DNA from: Polaromonas sp.
Lineage (GTDB): Bacteria; Pseudomonadota; Gammaproteobacteria; Burkholderiales; Burkholderiaceae_C
NCBI GenBank assembly: GCA_040400815.1
Contig: JBBAPN010000007.1
Location: forward strand, 9,926 to 73,925
Direction: 5' to 3'
Length of the DNA: 64,000 bases
Part shown: positions 36,060 to 47,286 of the stretch, piece by piece
Numbering within the stretch: the first letter of the stretch is position 1
How the letters are laid out: each line of letters begins with the position of its first letter
Made by a program: the position numbers and the translations under genes
Notes under the pieces: model-generated
Seen by the model: only the letters and a program-made list of their open reading frames with translations
The model's database searches: none
What the model was told of the DNA's origin: nothing

Positions 36060-36089
36060 GCTGCAGGCACGCGCCCGTAAAATCCCGCC

Positions 36090-37136
36090 ATGCTCGTTTT
36101 AGGAATTGAATCCAGTTGTGATGAAACCGGTGTGGCGCTGGTCGACACGTCGGGCGCTGGCGTGCCGGTGCTGCTGTCGCACGCCCTGCACAGCCAGATT
36201 GAAATGCACCAGGCGTATGGCGGCGTGGTGCCGGAACTCGCCAGCCGCGACCATATTCGCCGCGTGCTGCCGCTGATCGCCGAGGTCATGGCCCAAGCCA
36301 GTCGCAGCTTGCCGGATGTGGATGTGGTGGCTTACACGCGTGGGCCTGGGCTGGCGGGGGCTTTGCTGGTGGGGGCTGGTGTGGCCTGTTCGCTGGCTGC
36401 CAGTTTGGCCAAGCCGGTGATGGGTGTGCACCATTTAGAGGGGCATTTGCTGTCGCCTTTTTTGAGTGCAGACCCGCCGGAGTTTCCGTTTGTGGCGCTG
36501 CTGGTCTCGGGTGGCCACACGCAATTGATGCGGGTTGACCGTGTCGGCAGTTACGAGTTGCTGGGCGAAAGCATTGACGACGCGGCCGGCGAAGCCTTTG
36601 ACAAGTCCGCCAAGCTGATGGGTTTGCCCTACCCGGGCGGCCCGCATTTGGCCAAATTGGCAGAGCAGGGTGATCCAGCCGCCTTCAAATTACCCCGGCC
36701 CTTGCTGCACAGCGGGGACTTAGACTTTTCTTTCTCGGGTCTGAAAACCGCCGTGCTGACACAGGCTAAAAAGTTGGGCGATGCGCTGGAGAGCCGAAAG
36801 GCCGATCTGGCCGCGTCCACGCAAGCGGCCATCGTTGAGGTGCTTCTGAAAAAATCCATGAACGCCATGACGCAGACCGGTCTCAAGCGCTTGGTGGTGG
36901 CTGGCGGCGTCGGCGCCAACGCCGAGCTGCGGCGCCAGCTCAATGCGGTTTGCCTAAAGCGCGGCATCCGCGTGCATTACCCCGAGCTGCATTTGTGCAC
37001 CGACAACGGCGCCATGATTGCGCTGGCGGCCGGCATGCGCCTGCAAGCCGGGCTGGAAAACCTGCAGACGGCTTACACCTTTGACGTCAAGCCGCGCTGG
37101 CCGCTGGCCGAGATCAGCCCGAACCCTGGGCTATAA
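36090..37136 (+). CDS. tsaD: tRNA N6-adenosine threonylcarbamoyltransferase
   Basis: [55 protein letters not shown]. Confidence 0.97.
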   Translation: MLVLGIESSCDETGVALVDTSGAGVPVLLSHALHSQIEMHQAYGGVVPELASRDHIRRVLPLIAEVMAQASRSLPDVDVVAYTRGPGLAGALLVGAGVACSLAASLAKPVMGVHHLEGHLLSPFLSADPPEFPFVALLVSGGHTQLMRVDRVGSYELLGESIDDAAGEAFDKSAKLMGLPYPGGPHLAKLAEQGDPAAFKLPRPLLHSGDLDFSFSGLKTAVLTQAKKLGDALESRKADLAASTQAAIVEVLLKKSMNAMTQTGLKRLVVAGGVGANAELRRQLNAVCLKRGIRVHYPELHLCTDNGAMIALAAGMRLQAGLENLQTAYTFDVKPRWPLAEISPNPGL

Positions 37137-37150
37137 TCCAAGGCTTTGCT
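37129..37150 (+). promoter_or_regulatory. rpsO promoter -10/discriminator region, overlapping the tsaD stop codon
   Basis: GGCTATAATCCAAGGCTTTGCT. Confidence 0.7.
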
Positions 37151-37257
37151 GCTTCAGCTGAATGCTGGAATTGTCAAAGAAACACGACGCACAGCGGTCA
37201 ACTCCCACAGTGGGAACACTGCTTCGTTCGCAAGTTCACATAGAAAAACGGAACATC

Positions 37258-37524
37258 ATGATTGCAAAATCGATCAAGGCTGACATTGTTCAAGCCAACG
37301 CCCGCCAAGCTGGCGATACCGGCAGCCCAGAAGTCCAAGTCGGTCTGCTGACTGGCCGCATCAATGAATTGATGCCTCACTTCAAAACCCATGCCAAAGA
37401 CCACCACGGTCGCCGTGGCCTGTTGCGCATGGTCAGCCGTCGCCGCAAGCTGCTGGACTACCTGAAGTCCAAAGACGCTGGCCGTTACGTTGCCCTGATC
37501 GCCAAACTTGGCCTGCGCAAGTAA
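37258..37524 (+). CDS. rpsO: 30S ribosomal protein S15
   Basis: [37 protein letters not shown]. Confidence 0.98.
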   Translation: MIAKSIKADIVQANARQAGDTGSPEVQVGLLTGRINELMPHFKTHAKDHHGRRGLLRMVSRRRKLLDYLKSKDAGRYVALIAKLGLRK

Positions 37525-37540
37525 TCGCTGACAAGCTTTT

Positions 37541-37579
37541 AAGAGCGCCTGAGTTAGTTCACTAGCTCAGGCGTTTTTT
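37541..37579 (+). terminator. Intrinsic terminator after rpsO
   Basis: AGCGCCTGAGTTAGT-TC-ACTAGCTCAGGCG followed by TTTTTT. Confidence 0.88.
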
Positions 37580-37583
37580 ACTT

Positions 37584-37708
37584 CGGAGCAAGGAAAAACG
37601 AGCACGCGCTGTGTCATTCCACAAGAAAAGTCCTGCAAAACAAGCTGCATCGGGCTGGTTTTTCAGGCGTTTTGTGGAATGGCATCGTGTTCAGTCAGCC
37701 CCGCTCCG
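37584..37708 (+). promoter_or_regulatory. Long stem-loop in pnp leader, probable RNase III autoregulatory site
   Basis: GTGTCATTCCACAAGA pairs with TTTTGTGGAATGGCAT; flanked by GAGCACG/CGTGTTC and CGGAGC/GCTCCG. Confidence 0.7.
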
Positions 37709-37755
37709 GGCCCTAGGTTGCAGCCTCATGCAACTGTTTCAAACGGAGCAAAACG

Positions 37756-39873
37756 ATGAGCATTTTCAATAAAGTCAGCAAAACTTTCCAATGGGGCCAG
37801 CACAAGGTCACGATGGAAACCGGCGAAATGGCCCGCCAGGCCAGCGGCGCTGTGTTGGTCGACATGGACGGTACGGTGGTGCTGGCCACCGTGGTCGCCA
37901 AGACCGTGGCCAAGCCTGGTCAAGATTTCTTCCCGTTGACCGTCGATTACCTTGAGAAAACCTACGCCGCTGGCCGCATCCCCGGCAGTTTCTTCAAGCG
38001 TGAAGGCCGTCCTAGCGAATTCGAAACCCTGACTTCGCGCCTGATCGATCGTCCGATCCGTCCACTGTTCCCTGAAGGCTTCTTCAATGAAGTCCAGGTC
38101 GTGATTCACGTGTTGTCCTTGAACCCTGAAGTCGAAGGCGACATTCCTGCGCTGATCGCTTCGAGCGCTGCGCTGTCGATTTCCGGCATTCCTTTTAACG
38201 GCCCGATCGGTGCTGCTCGCGTGGCTTACATCGACGGCCAGTACGTGCTGAACCCAGGTAAGACCCAGCTCAAAGATTCGACGATGGACTTGGTTGTGGC
38301 GGGTACCGAAGCCGCTGTGCTGATGGTCGAGTCAGAAGCCCAGCAACTGTCTGAGGAACTCATGCTTGGCGCGATTGTGTTTGGCCATGAGCAAGGCAAC
38401 ATCGCCATCAACGCCATTCACGAACTCGTGCGTGACGCTGGAAAACCCGTCTGGGCTTGGGAAGCGCCTGCCAAAGACCTGCCTTTGGTCGCCAAGGTCA
38501 ATGAGTTGGCTGCAGCCAAGCTTGAAGCGGCTTACCAAATTCGCACCAAGCAAGCGCGCACGCAAGCTTGCCGCGTGGTGACGTCTGACGTCATGGCGGC
38601 GCTCAAGGCTGACGGCGTTGCGTTTGACAGCGTCACGGTTGAGGGCATGTTGTTCGATATCGAAGCGAAGATCGTTCGCAGCCAGATTTTGGCCGGCGAG
38701 CCGCGTATTGACGGCCGCGACACACGCACCGTTCGCGCCATTGAAATCCGCAACAGCGTGCTGCCGCGGACCCACGGTTCTGCCTTGTTCACCCGCGGCG
38801 AAACCCAGGCACTGGTGGTCACCACCTTGGGCACCGAGCGTGATGCACAGCGCATTGACGCATTGAGTGGTGACTACGAAGACCGCTTTATGCTGCACTA
38901 CAACATGCCTCCGTTTGCCACTGGCGAAACCGGTCGTGTGGGTTCGCCAAAGCGTCGTGAAATCGGTCACGGCCGTCTGGCCAAGCGCGCACTGATCGCT
39001 GTGCTGCCGAGCAAAGAAGAATTCCCGTACACCATGCGTGTGGTGTCTGAAATCACTGAATCCAACGGCTCGTCGTCGATGGCTTCGGTCTGCGGCGGCT
39101 GCTTGTCGCTGATGGACGCTGGCGTGCCGATGAAAGCCCACGTGGCCGGTATCGCCATGGGTTTGATCAAAGAAGACAACCGCTTCGCCGTCTTGACCGA
39201 CATCTTGGGTGATGAAGATCATCTGGGTGACATGGACTTCAAAGTGGCCGGTACCACTGCTGGTATCACCGCGCTGCAAATGGACATCAAAATCCAGGGC
39301 ATCACCAAAGAAATCATGCAGGTTGCACTGGCTCAGGCCAAAGAAGCCCGCATGCACATTCTGGGCAAAATGCAAGAAGCCATGGGCGAAGCCAAAACCG
39401 AAGTGTCTGACTTCGCGCCACGTCTGTACGTTATGAAGATCAATCCGGAAAAAATCCGTGATGTGATCGGCAAGGGTGGCGCTGTGATTCGCGCGTTGAC
39501 CGAAGAAACCGGCACGCAGATCAACATCGCTGAAGACGGCACCATTACCATCGCCTCGAACGACAGCGCCAAGGCTGACGAGGCCAAGCGCCGCATCGCC
39601 GAAATCACCGCTGAAGTCGAAATCGGCAAGATCTATGAAGGCCCGATCACCAAGATTCTGGACTTCGGCGCACTGATCAACCTGCTGCCAGGCAAAGATG
39701 GTTTGCTGCACATCAGCCAGATCGCTCACGAGCGTGTGGAGCGTGTCTCTGACTATCTCAAAGAAGGTCAGATCGTGCGCGTCAAGGTCATGGAAACCGA
39801 CGAAAAAGGGCGTGTCAAGTTGTCCATGAAAGCGCTGATCGAGCGTCCAGGCCAACAGAGCGACCAGGGCTAA
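37756..39873 (+). CDS. pnp: Polyribonucleotide nucleotidyltransferase
   Basis: [50 protein letters not shown] and S1 domains. Confidence 0.98.
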   Translation: MSIFNKVSKTFQWGQHKVTMETGEMARQASGAVLVDMDGTVVLATVVAKTVAKPGQDFFPLTVDYLEKTYAAGRIPGSFFKREGRPSEFETLTSRLIDRPIRPLFPEGFFNEVQVVIHVLSLNPEVEGDIPALIASSAALSISGIPFNGPIGAARVAYIDGQYVLNPGKTQLKDSTMDLVVAGTEAAVLMVESEAQQLSEELMLGAIVFGHEQGNIAINAIHELVRDAGKPVWAWEAPAKDLPLVAKVNELAAAKLEAAYQIRTKQARTQACRVVTSDVMAALKADGVAFDSVTVEGMLFDIEAKIVRSQILAGEPRIDGRDTRTVRAIEIRNSVLPRTHGSALFTRGETQALVVTTLGTERDAQRIDALSGDYEDRFMLHYNMPPFATGETGRVGSPKRREIGHGRLAKRALIAVLPSKEEFPYTMRVVSEITESNGSSSMASVCGGCLSLMDAGVPMKAHVAGIAMGLIKEDNRFAVLTDILGDEDHLGDMDFKVAGTTAGITALQMDIKIQGITKEIMQVALAQAKEARMHILGKMQEAMGEAKTEVSDFAPRLYVMKINPEKIRDVIGKGGAVIRALTEETGTQINIAEDGTITIASNDSAKADEAKRRIAEITAEVEIGKIYEGPITKILDFGALINLLPGKDGLLHISQIAHERVERVSDYLKEGQIVRVKVMETDEKGRVKLSMKALIERPGQQSDQG

Positions 39874-39948
39874 ATCCTGAGATTGAACGGCTTGCTGCCA
39901 AGGCTTTAAAAGGACTTGGCAGCCCACAAAAATCAACTGGAGTCAGTC

Positions 39949-40935
39949 ATGAAAGCTGTTGAAATCACGGTCTACGGTGCGCCTGAAGTGCTGCAGATGG
40001 GCCATCGACCGGACCCCGTCGCGGCGGTTGGCGAGGTGCTGATTCGCGTCAAAGCCAGTGGCATCAATCGCCCTGATGTTTTGCAGCGCACCGGCAATTA
40101 CCCGGTGCCGCCTGGAGCCTCCGATATTCCCGGCCTGGAAGTGGCGGGCGAGATTGTGGCGGGTGACGCAGCAGCGATGTCGGCTGCCGGCTTCAAGTTG
40201 GGCGACCGCGTCTGTGCCTTGGTGGCGGGCGGTGGTTATGCCGAGTTGTGCACGGCGCCGGTGGGCCAGTGCCTGCCCGTGCCAGCCGGCTTGAGCGACA
40301 TCGAAGCGGCGACCTTGCCTGAGACGTTTTTCACGGTTTGGAGCAATGTGTTTGACCGGGCCCGCTTGCAGGCCGGTGAAACCTTGTTGATTCAGGGTGG
40401 CACCAGCGGCATTGGCGTGACGGCGATTCAGATGGCCAAGGCGCTGGGTGCGACGGTCATTGCAACGGCTGGTAGCGACGAGAAATGCGCGGCCTGCATC
40501 GCTTTGGGTGCCGACCATGCGATCAACTACAAAACCGCTGATTTCTCGGTCGAGGCTCGCAAGCTGACAGATGGCAAGGGCGTCAATGTGATACTCGACA
40601 TGGTCGCCGGCAGTTATGTCGCGCGTGAAGTCGAGTGTCTGGCTGAAGACGGCCGGCTGGTGATCATTGCTGTGCAGGGCGGCGTCAAAGCCGAGTTCAA
40701 TGCCGGCATGGTCTTGCGCAAGCGTTTGCTGATCACGGGTTCAACCTTGCGTCCTCGGCCGTTGGCTTTCAAAACAGCGATTGCCGAAGCACTGCGCGCC
40801 AAGGTCTGGCCACTGATTGAAAGCGCGAAGATCAAGCCGGTCATTTACAAAGTGTTTGCGGCTGAAGATGCGGCCAAAGCGCACACGCTGATGGAGTCGA
40901 ATCAGCACGTGGGCAAAATTGTTTTAACCTGGTAA
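39949..40935 (+). CDS. NAD(P)H-quinone oxidoreductase (PIG3/Qor, MDR family)
   Basis: GINRPDVLQR, PGLEVAG, GGTSGIG, GSTLRPR, HVGKIVL; GGAG RBS before ATG 39949. Confidence 0.9.
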   Translation: MKAVEITVYGAPEVLQMGHRPDPVAAVGEVLIRVKASGINRPDVLQRTGNYPVPPGASDIPGLEVAGEIVAGDAAAMSAAGFKLGDRVCALVAGGGYAELCTAPVGQCLPVPAGLSDIEAATLPETFFTVWSNVFDRARLQAGETLLIQGGTSGIGVTAIQMAKALGATVIATAGSDEKCAACIALGADHAINYKTADFSVEARKLTDGKGVNVILDMVAGSYVAREVECLAEDGRLVIIAVQGGVKAEFNAGMVLRKRLLITGSTLRPRPLAFKTAIAEALRAKVWPLIESAKIKPVIYKVFAAEDAAKAHTLMESNQHVGKIVLTW

Positions 40936-40950
40936 GCAGCGAGTTTGGCA

Positions 40951-41715
40951 ATGACAAAACTGATTGCAGGCAATTGGAAAATGAATGGTAGCTTGGCTGC
41001 CAATGAAGCGCTCTTGAGCGCCTTGGCTGGCGGCTTGCCGACAGCCTTGTCGTCCGCGCCGTGTGACGTGGCGGTCTGCATTCCGGCGCCTTATTTCGCG
41101 CAGTTTCAGGCCTTGGTGGCAACGACGCCGGCCTTGGCTGTGGTGGCGTTGGGCGCGCAAGATGTGTCAAGCCAGTCTGCGGGTGCTTTCACGGGGGAAG
41201 TCAGTGCGGCCATGCTGAAGGACTTCGCTTGCCGATACGCCATCGTCGGCCATTCCGAGCGACGTCAGTACCACGGCGAGACCGATGCCTTGGTGGCAGC
41301 CAAAGCGCAGCAAGCCTTGGCCGTTGGCATCACACCGATTGTCTGTGTCGGTGAGACCTTGGCTGAGCGTGAAGCCGGTCAAACCACCGAGGTGGTGAAA
41401 CGTCAATTGGCGGCCGTGATTCACATCAACGGTCATTGCATCAGCGAAATTGTGCTGGCCTATGAGCCGGTGTGGGCAATTGGCACGGGCAAGACCGCCA
41501 GCCCTGAAGAAGCCCAAACGGTGCACGCGGTGTTGCGCGCGCAATTGGCCGCAGCGACTGAGCACGCCAATCGCGTCAAGATCATTTATGGCGGCAGCAT
41601 GAACGCAGCGAATGCCGCCAGCTTGTTGTCGCAGCCGGATATTGATGGCGGCCTGATTGGTGGCGCAGCGCTCAAGGCGGCTGACTTTTTGAGCATTGTT
41701 TCTGCCGCGGCTTGA
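40951..41715 (+). CDS. tpiA: Triosephosphate isomerase
   Basis: [37 protein letters not shown]. Confidence 0.98.
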   Translation: MTKLIAGNWKMNGSLAANEALLSALAGGLPTALSSAPCDVAVCIPAPYFAQFQALVATTPALAVVALGAQDVSSQSAGAFTGEVSAAMLKDFACRYAIVGHSERRQYHGETDALVAAKAQQALAVGITPIVCVGETLAEREAGQTTEVVKRQLAAVIHINGHCISEIVLAYEPVWAIGTGKTASPEEAQTVHAVLRAQLAAATEHANRVKIIYGGSMNAANAASLLSQPDIDGGLIGGAALKAADFLSIVSAAA

Positions 41716-41764
41716 GTTTGCGGCTTGGTTGATTTTTTAAGTTTTTTGGAATTGAGGAGTTTTT

Positions 41765-42169
41765 ATGAACGTTCTATTGACCATTGTTCTGGCTGTGCAG
41801 ATGTTGACGGCCCTCATCATGATCGGCTTGATTTTGGTTCAGCACGGAAAAGGCGCTGACATGGGTGCGGCTTTCGGCAGCGGCGGTTCGGGCAGTTTGT
41901 TTGGTGCCAGCGGCAGTGCCAACTTCATGTCGCGCAGCACGGCTGTTCTAGCCGCTATTTTCTTTGTTTCCACTTTGGCCCTGGCTTATTTTGGCGGCCC
42001 GAAAGCCAGCCCATCGTCCAGCGTGCTTGAAGGCTCCGCCGTGGTGATGCCGGCCACCCCTGGTGCTGGCCAGATTCCGGGATCTTCAGTCCCGGCGGCT
42101 GCCAGCCACGATGCCAGTGTGCCTGTTGCCCCAGTGACACCCGGCGCAGGTCAAATTCCAACAAAATAA
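41765..42169 (+). CDS. secG: Preprotein translocase subunit SecG
   Basis: LVQHGKGADMGAAFGSGGSGSLFG, two TM helices, follows tpiA. Confidence 0.95.
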   Translation: MNVLLTIVLAVQMLTALIMIGLILVQHGKGADMGAAFGSGGSGSLFGASGSANFMSRSTAVLAAIFFVSTLALAYFGGPKASPSSSVLEGSAVVMPATPGAGQIPGSSVPAAASHDASVPVAPVTPGAGQIPTK

Positions 42170-42283
42170 GGCCGGTGGCTGACCTCTGTCAGCGTAAATG
42201 GATGTATTTTCGGAGTAAACTCTGGGACTGTCTGGGAAGCCAAAACTTCGGTTTTCCTCATGCCACCAGACAGTGAAAAAACC

Positions 42284-42368
42284 GCGGTCGTGGTGAAATT
42301 GGTAGACACGCTATCTTGAGGGGGTAGTGGCGAAAGCTGTGCGAGTTCGAGTCTCGCCGACCGCACCA
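42284..42368 (+). tRNA. tRNA-Leu (GAG)
   Basis: Acceptor GCGGTCG/CGACCGC, anticodon arm CTATC-TTGAGGG-GGTAG, long variable arm, GTTCGAG, CCA end; 85 nt. Confidence 0.97.
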
Positions 42369-42505
42369 AATACAGGCGTTGGCAGTGTTTTCAATGACGG
42401 CAAAGCCGGACTATTGCGCCGACTGTCATGTTCTTGTAGGGTAGGTATGAAAGAATCTATCCAGATTTACCCTACGAGTCAGCAAATTAAGTGACACCCC
42501 CCAAG

Positions 42506-42865
42506 ATGAACCTTGAGCCATACCTTCCCGTCCTGTTGTTCATTCTGGTCGGCGTTGCAGTAGGTGTCGTGCCCCAAGTTTTGGGCCGATTGTTGGGTCC
42601 GCATCGGCCCGACAGTGAAAAAAATTCTCCCTACGAGTGCGGCTTTGAAGCCTTTGAAGACGCTCGCATGAAGTTCGATGTGCGTTACTACTTGGTCGCC
42701 ATCCTCTTTATTTTGTTTGACCTCGAAATTGCTTTCTTGTTTCCGTGGGCCGTGGCGCTCAAGGAGATTGGCATTGTCGGGTTCTGGGCAATGATGATTT
42801 TTCTCGCCATCTTGGTGGTCGGTTTTGTATATGAGTGGAAAAAAGGCGCGCTCGATTGGGAGTGA
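42506..42865 (+). CDS. nuoA: NADH-quinone oxidoreductase subunit A
   Basis: [25 protein letters not shown]. Confidence 0.97.
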   Translation: MNLEPYLPVLLFILVGVAVGVVPQVLGRLLGPHRPDSEKNSPYECGFEAFEDARMKFDVRYYLVAILFILFDLEIAFLFPWAVALKEIGIVGFWAMMIFLAILVVGFVYEWKKGALDWE

Positions 42866-42959
42866 GCGCCTGGAGTAAGCGCCGGTAACGAGCGCCTATA
42901 AAGTTTCACTGCACAGCGGCCTGGCCAACAAGGCTGACCATGGCTTCAGTTTCAAAGGG

Positions 42960-43445
42960 ATGGGTATGTCACTTGAAGGTGTTTTCAACGAAGGCTTCAT
43001 GACCACAAGTTACGACTCTGTGGTCAATTGGGCAAAAACTGGTTCGCTCTGGCCCATGACGTTTGGTCTGGCTTGTTGCGCTGTCGAGATGATGCATGCC
43101 GGCGCCGCGCGCTACGACTTGGATCGTTTTGGCATGTTGTTCAGGCCCAGTCCACGGCAGTCCGACTTAATGATCGTCGCCGGCACGCTGTGCAACAAAA
43201 TGGGCCCAGCACTGCGCAAAGTCTATGATCAAATGGCCGAGCCGCGCTGGGTGCTGTCGATGGGTTCTTGCGCCAATGGCGGCGGTTATTACCACTACAG
43301 TTACTCAGTCGTGCGCGGTTGCGACCGCATCGTGCCGGTCGATGTGTACGTGCCAGGTTGCCCGCCGACCGCCGAAGCGTTGATGTACGGCATTATTCAA
43401 TTGCAGCAAAAAATTCGCCGCACCAACACCATTGCGAGGGCTTGA
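42960..43445 (+). CDS. nuoB: NADH-quinone oxidoreductase subunit B
   Basis: [26 protein letters not shown]. Confidence 0.97.
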   Translation: MGMSLEGVFNEGFMTTSYDSVVNWAKTGSLWPMTFGLACCAVEMMHAGAARYDLDRFGMLFRPSPRQSDLMIVAGTLCNKMGPALRKVYDQMAEPRWVLSMGSCANGGGYYHYSYSVVRGCDRIVPVDVYVPGCPPTAEALMYGIIQLQQKIRRTNTIARA

Positions 43446-44077
43446 TGGGACCACTGCATCCAGCCACTGCCGAGCAGCTCAAAGACATCGTCACAAGTGC
43501 TTTGGACGGCAAACTCAAAAGTGCCAGCATTGCTTTTGGCGAGCTCACGCTGGTTGTCAAAGCAGCCGACTACTTGGCCGTTGCGAAGATCTTGCGTGAC
43601 GCTCCGGGCTGCCAGTTTGAGCAGCTGCTGGACATTTGCGGGATTGACTATTCTGACTACGGCAATGGCGTGCATGATGGCCCGCGTTTCTGTGTCGCTT
43701 CGCACTTGTTGTCGGTCAGTTTGAACCAACGTGTGCGTCTGAAAGTCTTCTGCGAAGACGATGATTTTCCGCTGGTGCCTTCGGTCAACGACCTCTGGAA
43801 TTCGGCCAACTGGTTCGAGCGCGAAGCGTTTGACCTGTTCGGCATTGTCTTTGAAGGTCACAACGATTTGCGCCGTATCTTGACGGATTACGGCTTTATC
43901 GGCCATCCATTTCGCAAAGATTTCCCCACCACCGGACACGTTGAAATGCGCTATGACCCCGAGCAAAAGCGGGTTGTTTACCAGCCGGTGTCGATCGAGT
44001 TGCGTGAGATCACGCCGCGCGTCATCCGCGAAGACAACTATGCCGGCATCCGCAGTTCTGCAGCGGTCAAGGTCTAA
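43445..44077 (+). CDS. nuoC: NADH-quinone oxidoreductase subunit C
   Basis: [31 protein letters not shown]; start trimmed to ATG 43445. Confidence 0.95.
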   Translation: MGPLHPATAEQLKDIVTSALDGKLKSASIAFGELTLVVKAADYLAVAKILRDAPGCQFEQLLDICGIDYSDYGNGVHDGPRFCVASHLLSVSLNQRVRLKVFCEDDDFPLVPSVNDLWNSANWFEREAFDLFGIVFEGHNDLRRILTDYGFIGHPFRKDFPTTGHVEMRYDPEQKRVVYQPVSIELREITPRVIREDNYAGIRSSAAVKV

Positions 44078-44100
44078 GGTTTAAGGGTCAAGGTTAAGAC

Positions 44101-45354
44101 ATGGCTGAAATCAAAAATTACACGCTGAACTTCGGGCCGCAACATCCAGCAGCCCACGGTGTCTTGCGGCTGGTGCTAGAGCTCGACGGCGAGGTCATTC
44201 AGCGCGCCGATCCGCACATTGGCCTGCTGCACCGTGCCACAGAAAAGCTGGCTGAAAGCAAGACCTACATCCAGTCCTTGCCTTACATGGACCGCCTCGA
44301 TTACGTCTCCATGATGTCGAACGAGCAAGCCTACTGCTTGGCGATCGAAAAAATGATGGGCGTTGACGTGCCGATGCGGGCGCAATACATCCGCGTCATG
44401 TACGCCGAGATCACGCGTTTGCTGAACCACTTGATGTGGTTGGGTGCCCACGGTTTTGACTGCGGCGCGATGAACGTTTTGATTTATTGCTTTCGTGAGC
44501 GTGAATCCTTGTTCGACATGTACGAAGCCGTCTCTGGTGCGCGCATGCATGCGGCGTATTTTCGTCCGGGGGGCGTCTACCGTGACCTGCCGGACAAAAT
44601 GCCGCAGTACAAAGTCAGCAAGGTCAAAAATGCCAAGGCGATTGAAAAACTGAACGAAAATCGCCAGGGATCGCTGCTCGATTTCATTGAGGATTTCACC
44701 CAAAAATTCCCGGGTTACGTTGACGAATACGAAACCCTGTTGACCGACAACCGCATTTGGAAGCAGCGCACAGTTGGCGTTGGCGTGGTGTCGCCAGAAC
44801 GTGCGCTGAACCTGGGCTTCACCGGTCCGATGTTGCGCGGTTCCGGCTTTGCCTGGGACCTGCGCAAGACGCAACCCTACGACGCTTACAGCCAGATGGA
44901 TTTTGATGTGCCGGTTGGTAAAACCGGTGATTGCTATGACCGTTACTTGGTTCGCGTTCAAGAAATGCGCCAGTCGAACCGCATCATCCAGCAGTGCATT
45001 GACTGGCTGCGCGTGAACCCCGGTCCGGTCATCACCAGCAACCACAAAGTGGCCGCCCCCGACCGTGAATCCATGAAAACCAACATGGAAGAGTTGATTC
45101 ACCACTTCAAACTTTTCACCGAGGGCTTTCATGTGCCTGAGGGCGAAGCCTATGCGGCGGTGGAGCACCCGAAAGGCGAGTTCGGCATTTACATCGTCAG
45201 TGACGGTGCCAATAAACCGTACCGTCTGAAAATCCGCCCGCCGGGCTTTTCACACTTGGCCGCGATGGACGAAATGTCGCGCGGCCACATGATCGCCGAC
45301 GCGGTGGCCGTGATTGGCACGATGGACATTGTGTTTGGTGAGATTGACCGATGA
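44101..45354 (+). CDS. nuoD: NADH-quinone oxidoreductase subunit D
   Basis: [30 protein letters not shown]. Confidence 0.98.
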   Translation: MAEIKNYTLNFGPQHPAAHGVLRLVLELDGEVIQRADPHIGLLHRATEKLAESKTYIQSLPYMDRLDYVSMMSNEQAYCLAIEKMMGVDVPMRAQYIRVMYAEITRLLNHLMWLGAHGFDCGAMNVLIYCFRERESLFDMYEAVSGARMHAAYFRPGGVYRDLPDKMPQYKVSKVKNAKAIEKLNENRQGSLLDFIEDFTQKFPGYVDEYETLLTDNRIWKQRTVGVGVVSPERALNLGFTGPMLRGSGFAWDLRKTQPYDAYSQMDFDVPVGKTGDCYDRYLVRVQEMRQSNRIIQQCIDWLRVNPGPVITSNHKVAAPDRESMKTNMEELIHHFKLFTEGFHVPEGEAYAAVEHPKGEFGIYIVSDGANKPYRLKIRPPGFSHLAAMDEMSRGHMIADAVAVIGTMDIVFGEIDR

Positions 45355-45872
45355 GCACGACTTCAATGACTTCAAACAGCACAGCCTTGATTTCAGATGC
45401 GACCCGCGTGCTGTTTGACCGCGAAGTCGCCAAATACCCAGCTGACCAGCGTCAGTCGGCTGTGATGGCCTGCTTGACCATTGTTCAGCAAGAGCTGGGT
45501 TATGTCAGTGCCGAGAGTGAAAAACTCGTCGCTGACTACCTTGGCATGGCGCCGATTGCGGTGCATGAAGTCACAACTTTCTACAACATGTACAACCAGC
45601 ATCCGGTGGGCAAGTACAAGCTGAACGTCTGCACCAATTTGCCATGTCAGTTGCGCGCCGGCGACAAGGCGCTGGTGTACCTCGAGAAAAAACTCGGCGT
45701 CACCTTGGGCGGTACCACGGCGGATGGCCTGTTCACGCTGCAACAATCCGAGTGCTTGGGCGCTTGCGGCGACGCACCGGTGTTGCTGGTCAACGACGTC
45801 AACATGTGCAGCTTCATGAGCAACGACAAGTTGGATCAATTGATCGACGGTTTGACATCCGCAGAGGCATAA
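45351..45872 (+). CDS. nuoE: NADH-quinone oxidoreductase subunit E
   Basis: TFYNMY, CTNLPC, ECLGAC. Confidence 0.96.
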   Translation: MSTTSMTSNSTALISDATRVLFDREVAKYPADQRQSAVMACLTIVQQELGYVSAESEKLVADYLGMAPIAVHEVTTFYNMYNQHPVGKYKLNVCTNLPCQLRAGDKALVYLEKKLGVTLGGTTADGLFTLQQSECLGACGDAPVLLVNDVNMCSFMSNDKLDQLIDGLTSAEA

Positions 45873-45878
45873 ATCACC

Positions 45879-47252
45879 ATGACCAGCGCTTCCCAAGTTC
45901 TCTCTCAATTTGCTGCTACCGGCGTGCAGTCTTCGTTCCATGGTCGTCACATCAGTCCGCAAATCATGGCGGGGCTGGACGGCAGCAATTGGCGCCTGAA
46001 AGACTACGAAGCCCGCGGCGGCTACCAAGCGCTGCGCAAAATTTTGGGCACGGATGGTGGCGAAGGCATGACGCCAGACCAAGTCATCGCTGAAGTAAAA
46101 GCCAGCAGCTTGCGCGGCCGCGGCGGCGCAGGGTTCCCGACCGGTCTGAAGTGGAGTTTCATGCCGCGACAGTTTCCGGGTCAAAAGTACCTGGTTTGCA
46201 ATTCTGACGAGGGCGAGCCGGGCACTGCCAAAGACCGTGACATCATGCAGTACAACCCGCATATCGTGATCGAAGGCATGGCGATTGCGGCCTATGCCAT
46301 GGGCATTTCGGTTGGCTACAACTACATCCATGGCGAAATTTTCACCACCTACCAGCGCTTTGAGGCGGCCTTGGAAGAAGCCCGTGCCGCCGGCCTGTTG
46401 GGCGACAAGATTCTGGGCAGCGCTTACAGCTTTCAGTTGCACGCGGCACATGGTTTCGGCGCATACATCTGCGGCGAAGAAACCGCCTTGCTCGAATCGC
46501 TCGAAGGCAAAAAAGGCCAGCCACGCTTTAAGCCACCGTTTCCCGCCAGCTTTGGTTTGTACGGCAAGCCGACGACGATCAACAACACCGAAACCTTCGC
46601 GGCTGTGCCGTGGATCATCCGCAACGGCGGACCGGCTTATTTGGAATGCGGCAAGCCGAACAACGGCGGCACCAAGATCTTCACCATCAGCGGTGACGTC
46701 GAGCGGCCAGGCAATTACGAAATTCCGATGGGCACGCCTTTTGCCACCTTGTTAGAACTCGCCGGCGGTATGCGCGGGGGCCGCAAGCTCAAAGCGGTGA
46801 TTCCCGGTGGATCTTCGATGCCGGTGCTGCCCGCCGACATCATGATGGCCACCAACATGGACTACGACTCGATCGCCAAGGCCGGCTCGATGTTGGGTTC
46901 AGGCGCTGTCATCGTCATGGACGAAACCCGCTGCATGGTTAAAAGCCTGTTGCGTTTGTCTTACTTTTACATGCACGAAAGCTGCGGCCAGTGCACGCCT
47001 TGCCGCGAAGGCACGGGCTGGCTCTGGCGCATGGTCGATCGGATTGAACACGGCCAAGGCCGCGAGAGCGACATCGACATGCTGAACTCGGTGTCTGACA
47101 ATATCCAAGGCCGCACCATTTGCGCGCTGGGCGACGCCGCAGCGATGCCAGTGCGCGCCATGATCAAGCATTTCCGTGCTGAGTTTGAGCACCACATCAC
47201 CCACAAAACCTGCCTGGTTCCGGTAGATGCACTGCCTGTGCCTCACACCTAA
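45879..47252 (+). CDS. nuoF: NADH-quinone oxidoreductase subunit F
   Basis: [35 protein letters not shown]. Confidence 0.98.
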   Translation: MTSASQVLSQFAATGVQSSFHGRHISPQIMAGLDGSNWRLKDYEARGGYQALRKILGTDGGEGMTPDQVIAEVKASSLRGRGGAGFPTGLKWSFMPRQFPGQKYLVCNSDEGEPGTAKDRDIMQYNPHIVIEGMAIAAYAMGISVGYNYIHGEIFTTYQRFEAALEEARAAGLLGDKILGSAYSFQLHAAHGFGAYICGEETALLESLEGKKGQPRFKPPFPASFGLYGKPTTINNTETFAAVPWIIRNGGPAYLECGKPNNGGTKIFTISGDVERPGNYEIPMGTPFATLLELAGGMRGGRKLKAVIPGGSSMPVLPADIMMATNMDYDSIAKAGSMLGSGAVIVMDETRCMVKSLLRLSYFYMHESCGQCTPCREGTGWLWRMVDRIEHGQGRESDIDMLNSVSDNIQGRTICALGDAAAMPVRAMIKHFRAEFEHHITHKTCLVPVDALPVPHT

Positions 47253-47286
47253 AGCAACCCAAAAAAGCAAGAGCGAGAGCAAATCA

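Noticed and set aside
38332-39936. 534-aa antisense ORF over pnp (likewise 24736-26151, 33984-35237, 44176-45168, 61240-62679, 62692-63990)
   Set aside because: Shadow ORFs expected from high-GC codon bias opposite well-conserved genes; no recognisable motifs
42284-42505. tRNA-Leu as an island integration site
   Set aside because: Followed directly by nuoA; no integrase or duplicated tRNA 3' end seen in the window
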